Positions 18,101-29,100 of a stretch of DNA of 64,000 nucleotides are shown one piece after another; within the stretch, counting starts at the first letter, position 1; each line of letters opens with the position of its first letter. The notes beneath the pieces are model-generated. The model was not told where the DNA came from. It made no database searches and was given only the letters and a program-made list of their open reading frames with translations. The position numbers and the translations under genes are program-made. The stretch lies in NCBI GenBank assembly GCA_964501945.1, contig CAZCTY010000001.1, positions 49,187 through 113,186 of the forward strand. Direction: 5' to 3'. The stretch is from an uncultured Methanosarcinales archaeon. Its GTDB lineage: Archaea > Nanobdellota > Nanobdellia > Woesearchaeales > 21-14-0-10-32-9.

Positions 18101-21100
18101 CAAAGACTTATTAACAAAATAAGAAAAAGAAGACGTCTCATTAAAATTACCAGAAGAATCATTAGCAAACCAAGAATAACTATAAAGACCAGCATCCAAA
18201 TCCTCAACTGAAAAACTATAAACACCATTAACTAAAAATAATTCTTTTTCAACAAATTCACCAGAGAAATTATGCTGAAGTAAAACAGTATCAACCCCAA
18301 AATTATCCTCCCAAGAAATATTAAAATAATAAACCCTCTCAGCATAACTAACAGGAGACTGCGGGCTAACAACGATGTCGCTATATTCAGGAGCCTCAGT
18401 ATCAACACTCAAAGAAAAATTCTCAGAGGCAAAACTCACCCTAGAACTTTTATCAACACATAAAACATTCCAAGAAAAAGAACCACTAGGAACACTAACA
18501 CTAAAAACGTTTTGTGAACCACTAACAGGACTTGAATCACTCGCGGTTTCCTCAAAAGAACCACTAACATTACTATACAAAAAACACTCATCAAGATTTT
18601 CATCAAAAGGAGTGTACACAAAATTCACATCATCAAAATTTAAAAAAGCACCATCCTCAGGAATGTTCAAATCAACCACGGGGTCAGTCAAATCAACAGT
18701 GAAAAACTCAACACTCGAAAAACCAATATTATTCTCAGAACTATTATCAACGCAAGAAACACTCCAATTATACAAACCCTCAGAAAAATCACTAAGAGAA
18801 AAAGTATTAACCTCAAAATTATCAACACTAAAACTTTGAGCATCTAACTCATCATCAACAAACAAAGAACAACTCTCAATGCCAGTCGCATCCTCAACTA
18901 AGTATTCAAATAAAATACTAGATGAATTCAAAAATTCATCACTCTCAGGATTTAAAAGAGAAATAACAGGAGGATCAGTATCCAAAGATTCAACAGTTAA
19001 AAAACGAGAATCACTAACCTCAAAGTTACCAAGAGAATCAAAACAACGAACGTTCCACTCATAATAATTATTAGATAAAAAAGTAGACATATTAAAAGGA
19101 ACCTCATCAACAATATCGCTCTTAGTTTCTCTAACAGAACCATTAACTAATAATTCACAATAATCAATACCAGAAACATCACAACACGCACCCGCAGAGA
19201 AAGTTACAACGTTAGTATCATCAATCAAAGCACCATCATCAGGACTGAACAAAGAAATATCAGGGCCGGATTGATCAATAATAAAAGACCACGCATCAGA
19301 AATACCATCATTACCAGCCTCATCAAAACAATGAACCTCCCACTCAAAAGTATTTTCAAACAACTCACGCTCAAAAGAATTAACAACACCTTCAATAGGA
19401 GAAGAATCCACATCAACAACTTCTAAGACGCCAGACTCATTTGTATGCAACTCACAATGACTAAGCGTGTTTTCCTCACTTGGAATATATGAAAAAGAAA
19501 CCAAAGAATCACTAGTTAAAAAATTATCAACAGGAGCTTCCAAACTAACAACAGGAGCAGTCCTATCAGTTATGTACTTGAAAACACTACTAGACTCAAC
19601 AGAATTACCAAATACATCATACGCAATAACCTTCCAATAATAAATGCGGTTAGCATCCAACGCGAAATCTAAAGAATACTCACTTTGAGAAATACTACTA
19701 GATGAGTAAACAAAATCAGGACTGCTAAGAGAAGGATTATCAGCAATGATTAAAGTGTAATTATCAAAATCAGGAGTCACAGTCTCCTCCCAAGACATAG
19801 TCGGATTTAACTCACGAGACTCCGTAGCATTAAGAGGATTTAACAAATCAAATTCGGTGGGAGGCACAACTTCAACCTCGAACCACAAATCAACACTTTT
19901 CTCACTGCTCTGACCAAGAGTATCGTTCGCCCAAATATTAGTTATGTTGTAAATGCCCTCATCTAAAGTATCTGTGAAAACAAAAAAGAATTCATCACCA
20001 TCTCTTTCTAACTCATGCTCAACAACAGAAGAATCAGGATACATCGCGGTTATAGAAGCAATATCAACACCGAAACTATCAGTTATACTAACACTAAAAC
20101 GAACAGACCTGTTCTGTCTTATGATTGTTTCATTAAGTGCTTCATTTTCAATTAACGGAGGCTGAGCGTTAATAAAAACAGTCCTATTATCATCAGCGAA
20201 AGCAAATCTTTCATCCTCGTTCTCACACCTAACGTTCCACTCATAAACACCATCACTAGGACTAAGACTAAAACTAGTAAGCGTATCAGTATCTACATCA
20301 CTGAGAGTAGCAGAAATATCCCATGAACCAGTAATATTAGTATAAAGATCACAAGTTAAAGTAGAATAAGTCTCATCACTAGCACTAAATGAAAAGTCTA
20401 CTGGGGTGTTAGAAACAATCTCATTATCACCAGGCGCACTCAAAGAAACCTCTGGCGGAGGCGTACCAGTATCAACTTCCAAGTAAGCCGCATAAACAAC
20501 GGCATCAGTAGGCCTACCACCACTCGCTCTTTCAACATGTCCAAAATGAACACTCAAATCATCAAGAGAACCAGAAGGATCACTCCAAGTACAACTAGAC
20601 CAAGAAGTAGAACTACCTCCTGGAACGAGATTACTACAAACAGTAGTTCCGCCTTGCCTTAAAGAATAAGTAAACTCAGCAGTATTACCAGTATTAGAAT
20701 ATACCCACAAAGTAATCTCCTCAACACCTGTCTCAACAACACTAGAAAAACCAAACTCAGACTCTTCCTCATCACCCATCCCACTTGCTATGCTGGTAGC
20801 GGTACTAGGCGCACTGGGCTGACGAGTACCTTTGCTGATTTGCGTGTAAGAAGTACCAGAACCAGAACTCCACTCAGTAGTTATATCGCTTGTAGGATCA
20901 TAATACGTAATAGGATCAATAGCCAAGTACCAAGGACGAGCCTCTTCAAATAATTTAACCTCACTTTCTTTCTCATAATCAATGAAACTTTGAAAAGCCC
21001 AAAGATACGGAATAATAAAAGGAGAATTAAAACTATATGAGGCAGAAAAATCACCATTTAAATTACTCCAAGTCAAATAAATATTATCAGCATCACGCGT

Positions 21101-22600
21101 CTTAACCGCGGAACCATAATCCTCAACAGAGAAACTAGAAGGCAAAACCTCTGTAAAAGAATAATCACTAATATTAACCCTAGGAGATACATTAACACTT
21201 GATTTAAAAGGACCTTGATAAGGATCAATAGTCACAGGAGTATCCCTTATAATATCAAACTCGTACTCATCACGCACAACAAAAAAAGAAACCATAGAAT
21301 CATCAACATTCCGCCCAATAGCAGACACACCCAAATCATACCTGCCCTCAACACTAGTTGTATGATTCAAATAATAAATACCAGTACCTGCATCAACTAT
21401 ATCAGACGGACCATACTCAAAGAATTCACCACGAGGATCAGTGATATTAATAATGACATCCGCGCCAGGAGTTAAATAACCATCACGATCAAGAACAACC
21501 ACAACTAACTCAGCCACATCACCTGATTGATAAATAGATTTTTTAGAATTAATAGACGCAACACCAGTTTCAGCATAAGCATTATCATCAGATTTACTCA
21601 AAACAAGCTCATATTCCTCACCAGGCACCAAGTCTTTGACCTTACTCCAACTACCTTCACATTCTTGAGATTCAAAAACCCAAGAATCACACATCAACAA
21701 CTCAGAACCCTCAGCAACATTAACCAAAACAATCTCGTCAAATTCAAAATCAAAACCAAGAGATAAAATCTTACTATTTTTATCATTTAAACGAACATTT
21801 CGAATCTCCTCCAACCCAAAACGAGCATTAGGAGAATTATCAAAACCCCGCATCTTAATTTCTCTAACGCCCAGGCCACGAGGCTGAATATTAAAATCAG
21901 AAACATCACCAGAAGACAAAACACCAACGCCTCGACTCGCATCCTCAGACACATCAATTTTAACATCCCTAAAATTACCACGAGAATTAACAACACCAAA
22001 AGGAGCCATCGAAGATTCAACGTCCTCAACAAAGAAAACACCTTCAAAAGTCTCTCCTGAATCATCTTCAACTAAAACATAGTATTCACCAGGCTCAGAC
22101 GGGAAAAAACTAACAGGAAACGTAGGAGTCCCAGAGAAAGAAAACTCACGCTCACCAAATTTAATAACTAACTTATTAACATTTAAATCCTCAGATAAAT
22201 CAATCTCAACCTCCTCACCAATCCTATAATTCTCACGCCCAGTAAAAACAACATCGTCTGGGCTAGCATCAAAAGACTCCTCAGCAAAACCATCTTCTCC
22301 GATAACAGAAAAAGAAGCACTACCAACAATATCAGAACCATTAATAACATTAATAACATAATCCCCAGAGCTTTCAGGAAAAAAACTATGACTTCCAAGA
22401 ACGTCCCCAACCATTCTAAAAACACGATCATCATGAACAATTTCTAAACGAGTACCATTAAAAGAGACATAAAAATCAACTTGCACCCCCAAATCAAAAA
22501 CATCATCTTCTAAATCAACAAAGCCACTAACAAAAGGTACAAAAGAGAGAAAACTAATAATAAACAAAATACACAATCCCCAAAAAATCCTTCCCCTCAT
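15191..22600 (-). CDS. Giant secreted Ig-repeat adhesin-like protein (2469 aa) with DUF2341-like and CARDB-like domains and a C-terminal subunit-like domain
   Basis: Signal peptide; many repeats PPxVxLxxP...C.L...YxWxVxCxD; WWDSDWGRRRNI; PDLVV...VDPEDVVNE...NN; ends FEVRVPATL...LAFYIEII. Confidence 0.82.
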   Translation of the reverse strand: MRGRIFWGLCILFIISFLSFVPFVSGFVDLEDDVFDLGVQVDFYVSFNGTRLEIVHDDRVFRMVGDVLGSHSFFPESSGDYVINVINGSDIVGSASFSVIGEDGFAEESFDASPDDVVFTGRENYRIGEEVEIDLSEDLNVNKLVIKFGEREFSFSGTPTFPVSFFPSEPGEYYVLVEDDSGETFEGVFFVEDVESSMAPFGVVNSRGNFRDVKIDVSEDASRGVGVLSSGDVSDFNIQPRGLGVREIKMRGFDNSPNARFGLEEIRNVRLNDKNSKILSLGFDFEFDEIVLVNVAEGSELLMCDSWVFESQECEGSWSKVKDLVPGEEYELVLSKSDDNAYAETGVASINSKKSIYQSGDVAELVVVVLDRDGYLTPGADVIINITDPRGEFFEYGPSDIVDAGTGIYYLNHTTSVEGRYDLGVSAIGRNVDDSMVSFFVVRDEYEFDIIRDTPVTIDPYQGPFKSSVNVSPRVNISDYSFTEVLPSSFSVEDYGSAVKTRDADNIYLTWSNLNGDFSASYSFNSPFIIPYLWAFQSFIDYEKESEVKLFEEARPWYLAIDPITYYDPTSDITTEWSSGSGTSYTQISKGTRQPSAPSTATSIASGMGDEEESEFGFSSVVETGVEEITLWVYSNTGNTAEFTYSLRQGGTTVCSNLVPGGSSTSWSSCTWSDPSGSLDDLSVHFGHVERASGGRPTDAVVYAAYLEVDTGTPPPEVSLSAPGDNEIVSNTPVDFSFSASDETYSTLTCDLYTNITGSWDISATLSDVDTDTLTSFSLSPSDGVYEWNVRCENEDERFAFADDNRTVFINAQPPLIENEALNETIIRQNRSVRFSVSITDSFGVDIASITAMYPDSSVVEHELERDGDEFFFVFTDTLDEGIYNITNIWANDTLGQSSEKSVDLWFEVEVVPPTEFDLLNPLNATESRELNPTMSWEETVTPDFDNYTLIIADNPSLSSPDFVYSSSSISQSEYSLDFALDANRIYYWKVIAYDVFGNSVESSSVFKYITDRTAPVVSLEAPVDNFLTSDSLVSFSYIPSEENTLSHCELHTNESGVLEVVDVDSSPIEGVVNSFERELFENTFEWEVHCFDEAGNDGISDAWSFIIDQSGPDISLFSPDDGALIDDTNVVTFSAGACCDVSGIDYCELLVNGSVRETKSDIVDEVPFNMSTFLSNNYYEWNVRCFDSLGNFEVSDSRFLTVESLDTDPPVISLLNPESDEFLNSSSILFEYLVEDATGIESCSLFVDDELDAQSFSVDNFEVNTFSLSDFSEGLYNWSVSCVDNSSENNIGFSSVEFFTVDLTDPVVDLNIPEDGAFLNFDDVNFVYTPFDENLDECFLYSNVSGSFEETASDSSPVSGSQNVFSVSVPSGSFSWNVLCVDKSSRVSFASENFSLSVDTEAPEYSDIVVSPQSPVSYAERVYYFNISWEDNFGVDTVLLQHNFSGEFVEKELFLVNGVYSFSVEDLDAGLYSYSWFANDSSGNFNETSSFSYFVNKSLPVFSLSLNGVEDDLVIDENEVVSIAGDVAIPDEGYLELYLNNDLISSGNGFVEEDLLFEDPGSYNVSLVFNETDNYFYDNITYSVNVLDVSPPVVLLESPGNNSLISTGTRSLNYNVNDSSPIESCSLYVNGELNQVDEDVARFTSQFFSLSVVEDDYSWRVECTDVFDNTGVSETRFFTGVDDDTINIEVSTEASWEVGTPASILVNSTDAFLSPLNTFFDAFIISGETGVPWWDSDWGRRRNIVMNETSGVELVDGVASVNITGLEGSVESCDELRFVNHESLDPVESLFTVHGETLDSCFVSFAVNLDANIVNYDSYYVYYDNPNAGGPSVELDLVESALFNANDRDIDDEEGGSFSDLDSILGKDDDSFAVIEASGGGDRYVLLHGRDFIDETFGDIERVEARFRYEVPESGGASNRIFHYSVDDGASYTELNRFSGTIGKTTSQWFDITESYSSLSWSELNRTRLQGEVVKSGGAATITMYLYWVELNVTYIKDSDVDEVLVSGEEVLVDSFSGETSGSCGCDSFSWNTQGVDLGLYSSVVLASAESYDDATSFTTFEVAPDVTPPNVSLINPEDGFEAGRGLFDFSYRPYDFNLDNCTLFLGSNGGVLEEVVTDVNVVSNETNTFEGVLVDIGIHEWNVECVDSYDNVGFADENFLLNISAPDLVVRDDDIWFDYDELIEGVEVSVFANVSNEGLSDAEESFNVSFYLGNPVEGGEFISSSLVPGLGSLDVVSVGADFDLSFGSNNVFVVVDPEDVVNETTVDNNVANNSLYVELYQYYFGSSSSDIVLGKDDLSMFIEYRNLSSRGGLVFFSDVDASFSYGDLQALTRNVDGGLVSGDFSALDDVMGTAGLSDSIRNTWGAGSEVPVETRTFNLPSGPVNNVPVVASTEYDDFVTGILWDTSDDSGNERFDSADKETVVFVTEINPSSEGRFGIYDFEVRVPATLRTYSGSNEKLAFYIEII

Positions 22601-22641
22601 AATAACAATATAATCACTTAACCTTTTTAATTCTTATTTTT

Positions 22642-24387
22642 TTAACCATTAACCGAAAACACAATCATCCCCTCACAATCAGCTACCTCAGACGGAGGCG
22701 CCAGCAATTCCCAAAAAGTACTCTGACTAACCAACTCAGAGGAAGATTGCTTCTCCAAATCTTCAAATATAATACTAAAATCAGAGGACAAAACACTTTT
22801 AGATTCAAAAGGAACACCTTCCACAGTTGAAAAACGACTATTACCAACAGGAATATCAACATCATTATCACAAAACAAAGCAAACCCAGAACCCTCAAGA
22901 GGATCACTACCACCATAACCCCTAACAAAAACACTCACAGGCATATTACCCACATTAAAAACATCCAAAGAAACCTCCTCAGAAACATCACCAGCAGGAA
23001 TTTCGCCATAATCAAGATTAAAACTAGACAAATTAATAGCATAAAGCTCATCAACAAAACTCAAATTAAAACCAGAACCACTAAGACCTTGAGCATCAAA
23101 CGAGGTAACATTACAAACCCAAGAACCATTACTCGCATAATGCAACAAATCAAAAGAACAACTAAACTCACCAATATCCCCAAAAGTACTAACTAAATCA
23201 CACTCATCATAATAAACAATTTTATCATCAAGAGAAAAATCACCAATACCTTCTAAATGAAAAAAAGCCTCAACACTAGAAATATCACCCGCGCCATTGC
23301 CGTCTTCAACCAACACATCACATGTAACCTCTTTAGTAGAACCAGGATTGAGATTTACAACATCAGGAACACTAACACTTACAACTTGAGGAGGATGAAC
23401 CTCAACGAATAAATCAAAAATAGAAGATGAACCAGTCAAAAAAGGATTATCACACTCAACAAACCAAGTATAAAAACCATTACTAAGATTAACCACGAAC
23501 TCTTGCACAACACCAGAACTAACATCAAAAACAGTTTTATTTAAAGAATCATTAATAAACAAACGACACTCATCAATACTAGAATAATCCTCAACCAAAT
23601 AAGAGAAAACAATTTCATTATCAGCCATCTCAACACTCTCATTTTCAGGATCAATTAAAGTAACATTCGGAGGAGTGTCAGGAATAACCTCAACATCAAA
23701 TACTGTATCTTTATTATTACCCTCAAACACTACATCATCACTCTCACAAAAAACAGAAACCTCCAAATCAGATGAACCAAAACCAAAACTCTCCAACTCA
23801 AAGACAACATCCACGATTTCAGATTCAGGAATTAAAGTTACAAAAAGAGAATCACTCCCTTTAACATCCATAGAATCAGTATTACTAATAAAAAGCTCAA
23901 CATCACAATTCTCAGAATCACTAACAAGGGATGAGAGCTCAACAGAGACATTAAAATCAGAATAAGAACTAACCTCAAAATTATCAACAGGCTCAGATAT
24001 ATTAACAACGACTTCAGGAGGCCTAACAATATCTAAAGAAACATTAATTTCCTCAGAGGAACCACTCAAAACCCTAAACGTCTCACCATAAAAAGAATCA
24101 TTAAACGCACGAACAAGAACCTCATCACCAGAACTCGCAGTTATAGCAAGAGAATAAAAACCCTCAAAACCAGGAACACTCGGCGCAGAAACCTCAGTGA
24201 AAAAAACCTCGCCAGTATAAGTATTATTAACAATAACAGGCACACCATCAGGCGCCCCAACGCCATTATCTAAAAACACAAAACCATCAATATTAAAAGG
24301 AACAATTGGCTGAGTTGAAACAAAAACAGAGAAACAAATAATGAGACTAAACAAAACAACAAAACCCCTCAAAATTTTAAAAATCAT
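22642..24387 (-). CDS. Secreted multi-Ig protein ending in a type-C subunit domain
   Basis: C-terminal ~250 aa matches 10441..11340 (HYASNGSWVCNV, ELYAINL, FWELLAPP..C.G.I.F). Confidence 0.78.
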   Translation of the reverse strand: MIFKILRGFVVLFSLIICFSVFVSTQPIVPFNIDGFVFLDNGVGAPDGVPVIVNNTYTGEVFFTEVSAPSVPGFEGFYSLAITASSGDEVLVRAFNDSFYGETFRVLSGSSEEINVSLDIVRPPEVVVNISEPVDNFEVSSYSDFNVSVELSSLVSDSENCDVELFISNTDSMDVKGSDSLFVTLIPESEIVDVVFELESFGFGSSDLEVSVFCESDDVVFEGNNKDTVFDVEVIPDTPPNVTLIDPENESVEMADNEIVFSYLVEDYSSIDECRLFINDSLNKTVFDVSSGVVQEFVVNLSNGFYTWFVECDNPFLTGSSSIFDLFVEVHPPQVVSVSVPDVVNLNPGSTKEVTCDVLVEDGNGAGDISSVEAFFHLEGIGDFSLDDKIVYYDECDLVSTFGDIGEFSCSFDLLHYASNGSWVCNVTSFDAQGLSGSGFNLSFVDELYAINLSSFNLDYGEIPAGDVSEEVSLDVFNVGNMPVSVFVRGYGGSDPLEGSGFALFCDNDVDIPVGNSRFSTVEGVPFESKSVLSSDFSIIFEDLEKQSSSELVSQSTFWELLAPPSEVADCEGMIVFSVNG

Positions 24388-26171
24388 CTAACAACACCCA
24401 ACCATCTTTTTTTGAAAATAAAATGAATAAAAACAAAAACAACCAAAACAAACAAAAGAATAAAGTACGTAGATAAAAAAGTATCATTTTCTTTTTCAAT
24501 TAAGAATACAAACTCATTTACACCAGAACCCAAAATTAAAGTATCTTCCACAATTAAATCATCATAAAAAAGACGAAGACTCAACTCATCACCCAAAGAA
24601 CCAAAAACATCACCCGTATAAAAAAAAGAACCATCAAAAACTAACAAATCCAAAAAGAACTCATCACCTGTATTTTTATTAACAACTTCTAAAAATAAAG
24701 AATCAGAAACATTACTAATCTCAGCATCAGAAAAAGAAACTAACTTACCATTATCCAAAAACAAAACCTTGCCAAAAACAGAGAAACTGGGCTTAACTTC
24801 ATGAACCAACATAGGCTTTCTCACAGGAACAACATCTTCTCTATGAGTAATACCAAAAAAAGACAAACCATCAAAGATAGACTCAAAAAAGAACTCACCA
24901 CCATCTTCTTTTAAAAAAGATGTAGGCAACTCAACCCAATCACGATCCTCAAACCTAACTAGGACAATATCATCAACACCAAGACCTGTATCATTAAGCC
25001 ACGAACCACTAACAGAGAAAACCAAACTAACACTATCACTGAAAGATTCGTTTACATCAACACGAAAATACTCATAAGTCCTAGTACTCAAAGAACTAAT
25101 ACCCTCAGTCCTCGGAGAAAACTCACTAACACTTAAAGATAAAGACCTAAAAGTATCAAGCTCAACGCGCCTTAAAGCAAAACCTTTCTCGCTAAATGAT
25201 GCAGAAAAAGAATCCTTATCAGAGGTCGCTGCGGAAACATTACTAAAAAAAACCCTCTGACGCGAAGACCTCTCACGAGGCTCATCTACGGTTAAGAAAA
25301 ATATTTGCCGCACAACCTCACCGAGCAAATCCTCAACATCAATTATAATAATATACTCCCCACTATGATGACTTTCAGGCTCAAAAGTTAAAACATTACC
25401 ATCAAAAAACATACCCTCAGGACCTCTAAAAACAGAATAATTCAAAAAATCAACATCCTCATCCAAAACCTCAACTTCATACTCAAAAACATCACCTCGC
25501 ATAACAGATGTAACAGGCTCAGAGACAATACGAGGATCCTCTTTTTCAACAAAGACCTCAACAAAAAACTCCTGCAAAGAATAATCCACGCCATCAGAAG
25601 CATTAATCACAACGCTATGATTACCAAACTGATACCTCTCAGGAACCCAATAAACTACATTATCAGATAAAGACATACCACTAGGCGCATCAACCAAAGA
25701 ATATGAAATAACATCCTCATTCCAATCAAAAACCTCAACTTCATAAGAATATTCTTCACCAGCTAAAGCTTCAACTACAGGATCAGAAATAAAACTAGGC
25801 GCAACATTACCAATACTCATATTCAAATACAAATCAACATTACGATGCATACCACTGAGAGTAAAATTTGAACTATCAACAAAAAAAGAATTAGACACAC
25901 TAACATTTACATGACTACCCACGCTCCAATTTAAAACAACAGAGAAACGACCAGAACTACCACGACCAGTACGAGCAGTAATTACCTCGCCAGTGTCAAC
26001 ATTAGTAATATTAACAGGAACATTCTCAAATAATTCCCTGCCCTTTAAGTTGTACACAGAACCATCAACACCTAAAGGAACAGGATTTGCAAAAACAACT
26101 ACGAAAGATAAAATAAAAAATAAAAAAGACGCCATGAATGCAAATAAAATTTTATTATTCATGAATATCAC
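24384..26171 (-). CDS. Surface protein with cadherin/Ig-like repeats, PGF-pre-PGF-like domain and C-terminal TM
   Basis: APSFISDP...YSYEVEVFD repeats; FSVSGSWL...LVRF...WVELPT...GLSFFGI; TM followed by KKR. Confidence 0.78.
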   Translation of the reverse strand: MIFMNNKILFAFMASFLFFILSFVVVFANPVPLGVDGSVYNLKGRELFENVPVNITNVDTGEVITARTGRGSSGRFSVVLNWSVGSHVNVSVSNSFFVDSSNFTLSGMHRNVDLYLNMSIGNVAPSFISDPVVEALAGEEYSYEVEVFDWNEDVISYSLVDAPSGMSLSDNVVYWVPERYQFGNHSVVINASDGVDYSLQEFFVEVFVEKEDPRIVSEPVTSVMRGDVFEYEVEVLDEDVDFLNYSVFRGPEGMFFDGNVLTFEPESHHSGEYIIIIDVEDLLGEVVRQIFFLTVDEPRERSSRQRVFFSNVSAATSDKDSFSASFSEKGFALRRVELDTFRSLSLSVSEFSPRTEGISSLSTRTYEYFRVDVNESFSDSVSLVFSVSGSWLNDTGLGVDDIVLVRFEDRDWVELPTSFLKEDGGEFFFESIFDGLSFFGITHREDVVPVRKPMLVHEVKPSFSVFGKVLFLDNGKLVSFSDAEISNVSDSLFLEVVNKNTGDEFFLDLLVFDGSFFYTGDVFGSLGDELSLRLFYDDLIVEDTLILGSGVNEFVFLIEKENDTFLSTYFILLFVLVVFVFIHFIFKKRWLGVVR

Positions 26172-29100
26172 CTAACGGATTATGCAACCAAACACTACTT
26201 TGCTTTGAGTTAAAATAATAAGAGTTTAAAGGCGTTAAATTAATCGCACGACTCCAACCATACGAAACATCATTAACAACGAAGTGAGACGAAGACACAA
26301 AACTGTTCTTATCAGGATCATAAAAATTAACATGAGATATAGAAAACTCAGGATCAGTATTAATTACAGGACCATCATAATTTCCAGTGAGCGGTAAAGA
26401 CTTTTCTTTCAAAGATAGCCAAGGAACCAAGTTTTGACCCTCATCTAAATTAATAGAAACATCACTATCAGGCACAACACCTCCAATCTTCAAGCTACAC
26501 GTATCATCTGCTTCAAAGAAGTAACCGTTCATAGGATCAAATTCAACAAAACTCTCACTTCCCTCACTTGGAACAAAAACACCATCAACCAAATCAACCC
26601 TCAAAAAAGAATTAGAAGAAGAATCAAACTCCCAAATCGCAACCAAACAATCAGAAAAAAACCTCAAACCATCATTATACCCATCAAATAATTCATACTC
26701 AGATAAATAAAAAGGAACACTAACCATATTAAAACCCTCTTTTAGAGTATGAGATGAAACACCAGCAAAACTACTATTAAAAGATTCAAAACCATTAGAT
26801 TCAGAAGTTATCTTAAAAAAAACATCACTTAAACCAGAAACATTATACTCAAAAAAAGACTCAGAGACAGAAAAATTAACCTCGTCAGAAAAATTATCAA
26901 AACTATTCGCTACATAAACATTATAAGAATCCGCCCCTTCAACTAAATCCCACGAGATAACAAAAGAATCATTCTCATACAAATCACTACTAACAACAGG
27001 CCTTGGCACAAAAACATCAAAAGAAAAATTCTCATCAGCAAAATCAAAATTACCAAAAGAATCATTACACCAAACATTCCAAACGTACTTTCCATAATCA
27101 AGCTCAACTTCAAAAGAATTCAATCCATTAGAAACATTACTACTAGAAACATTCAAAGACAAATTACTCTCATCACCTAAGTAAAGAGAACACGATTCTA
27201 AATTATGATCAAATACACTAAATGAAAAATTAACAACGCCCCTGTCTTGAAGAGAACCATTTAAAGGACTCAACAACTCAACACTTGGAGGAGTAACATC
27301 AGGAACTAAAGAGATAAAAGAAAAATTCTTCGCAGAATCAAAACCACTCCTACTAGCACTAACAACCAAAGAATAATCACCAACCCCTAAATCTTGCGTG
27401 CTCCAATTAAAACTAAGAAAACCAGAAGACGACGCATCACGAGAAAAAGTACCAACAAGCAACTCCTCACCTAAAAGAGCAGTATCAGTTACAACAACAT
27501 CCTTTTTATAAGAAACATTCAATTCAAACCAAAAAACATCAACAGTCGTATGACCTCCCCCACCATCTTTTTGCATAGTCCCTCTCAAAACAGTGCTGTT
27601 TAAAACATTCCACGAAAGAGATGAAAACTCCCCTGTGATATCATCCCAAGGGCTTGTTGTTTTACTAACAGCATTAACACCTGAAAAAGAATTAACAAAA
27701 CCAGAACCCTCAACATTATAACTAAGATACCAACCAACAAAATTATTAGCATTAGGAACAGCGTACCTATAACGAACAAAAACTTCTTCTGCAGATCCAA
27801 GAGGAATGAAATCAACAAACCCTGATCCGAGAACAGAAATAGTGCTAGGACCTCCACCCACAGCCTCTAACCTCGCAAAGGTATCATCATTTTTACCAAG
27901 AACATTTTGAGGATTTTGAACATTACCATCCTCATCAAAATCATGCGCATTAAACAAAACACTATCAAACAAATCCAAAGCATCAGATGGGGCACTCGCA
28001 TCAGAATTATTATAATACACAAAATAATCTGAGCTAAAAGAATTACTAGGAACACTAACTTCAAATAAAACCTCACACCAACCACTACCAGAATTATTAA
28101 CCAAAAACAAAACTTCCTCAGAATCAACACTTTCATGATTAACTACACGAACCTCATCACAAACAACTCCAGGAGAGCTAACATTAATACTTGCAATACC
28201 TTCAATAATGTCCTCGCCAAGAGTCTCATTTAAAACAATGTTTTGACGAGAAACCCAAGAAGAATTCCACCAAGGCACACTACTATTACCCGAAATAGCA
28301 AAAGAATCAACACTAGCAGACAGATAATCTCCAAGCAAATCAAAAACACTAACATTAAAATTAATAAGAGCTCCCTGCTCAAATTCATCACCAACAGACA
28401 AATTAACAAACAAATCACTCAAATCAAGAACTTCAAAAGACCAAGAATCACTAACACCAAGATTACCAAAAGAATCAACACACTCAACACGCCACACATA
28501 AAAACCCTCATCAATACTCAAATAAAATTCTTCAACAAAATCACGAGGAACACCACTAACATTATCAACTAAAGAACCATCAACAAAAAAAGCACAATGA
28601 TCAATAGGACTGGAATCACTCACAGAAAAACCAAAATATCTAGGTCCTGCGCTGATCTGAGTATTGTTTAAAGGATACTCTAAACTAACAACAGGAGGAG
28701 TTACATCAATAACATCAACAAAAAAACTAATACGCCGCCCCAAAAAATTATCAGTCTCATTAAAAACTAAAGAAACATTATAAGACCCAGGCTCAGCAAA
28801 AAAATAATCTAAACTAAAAGAACCATTTTCTAAAAGAACAACACTCCCGTCAATTAATAAAGAAAACTCTCCATCCAAAGGATCTAAAACTTCTCCTGAA
28901 ATATTTACAAAAGAACCCTCAACAACAGACAAATTATCACTAGTACTATTAAGATACAAATTAATATCAGGCAAACCCCTCAAAACATCATAATCAAAAA
29001 AATCAGTAACATTACTATTACCAGCAGAGTCATTTGCATGCCACCTAAAACTATAACTACTAGCATTTAATTTTGTTGCAAACCAATAAACATCACTTCC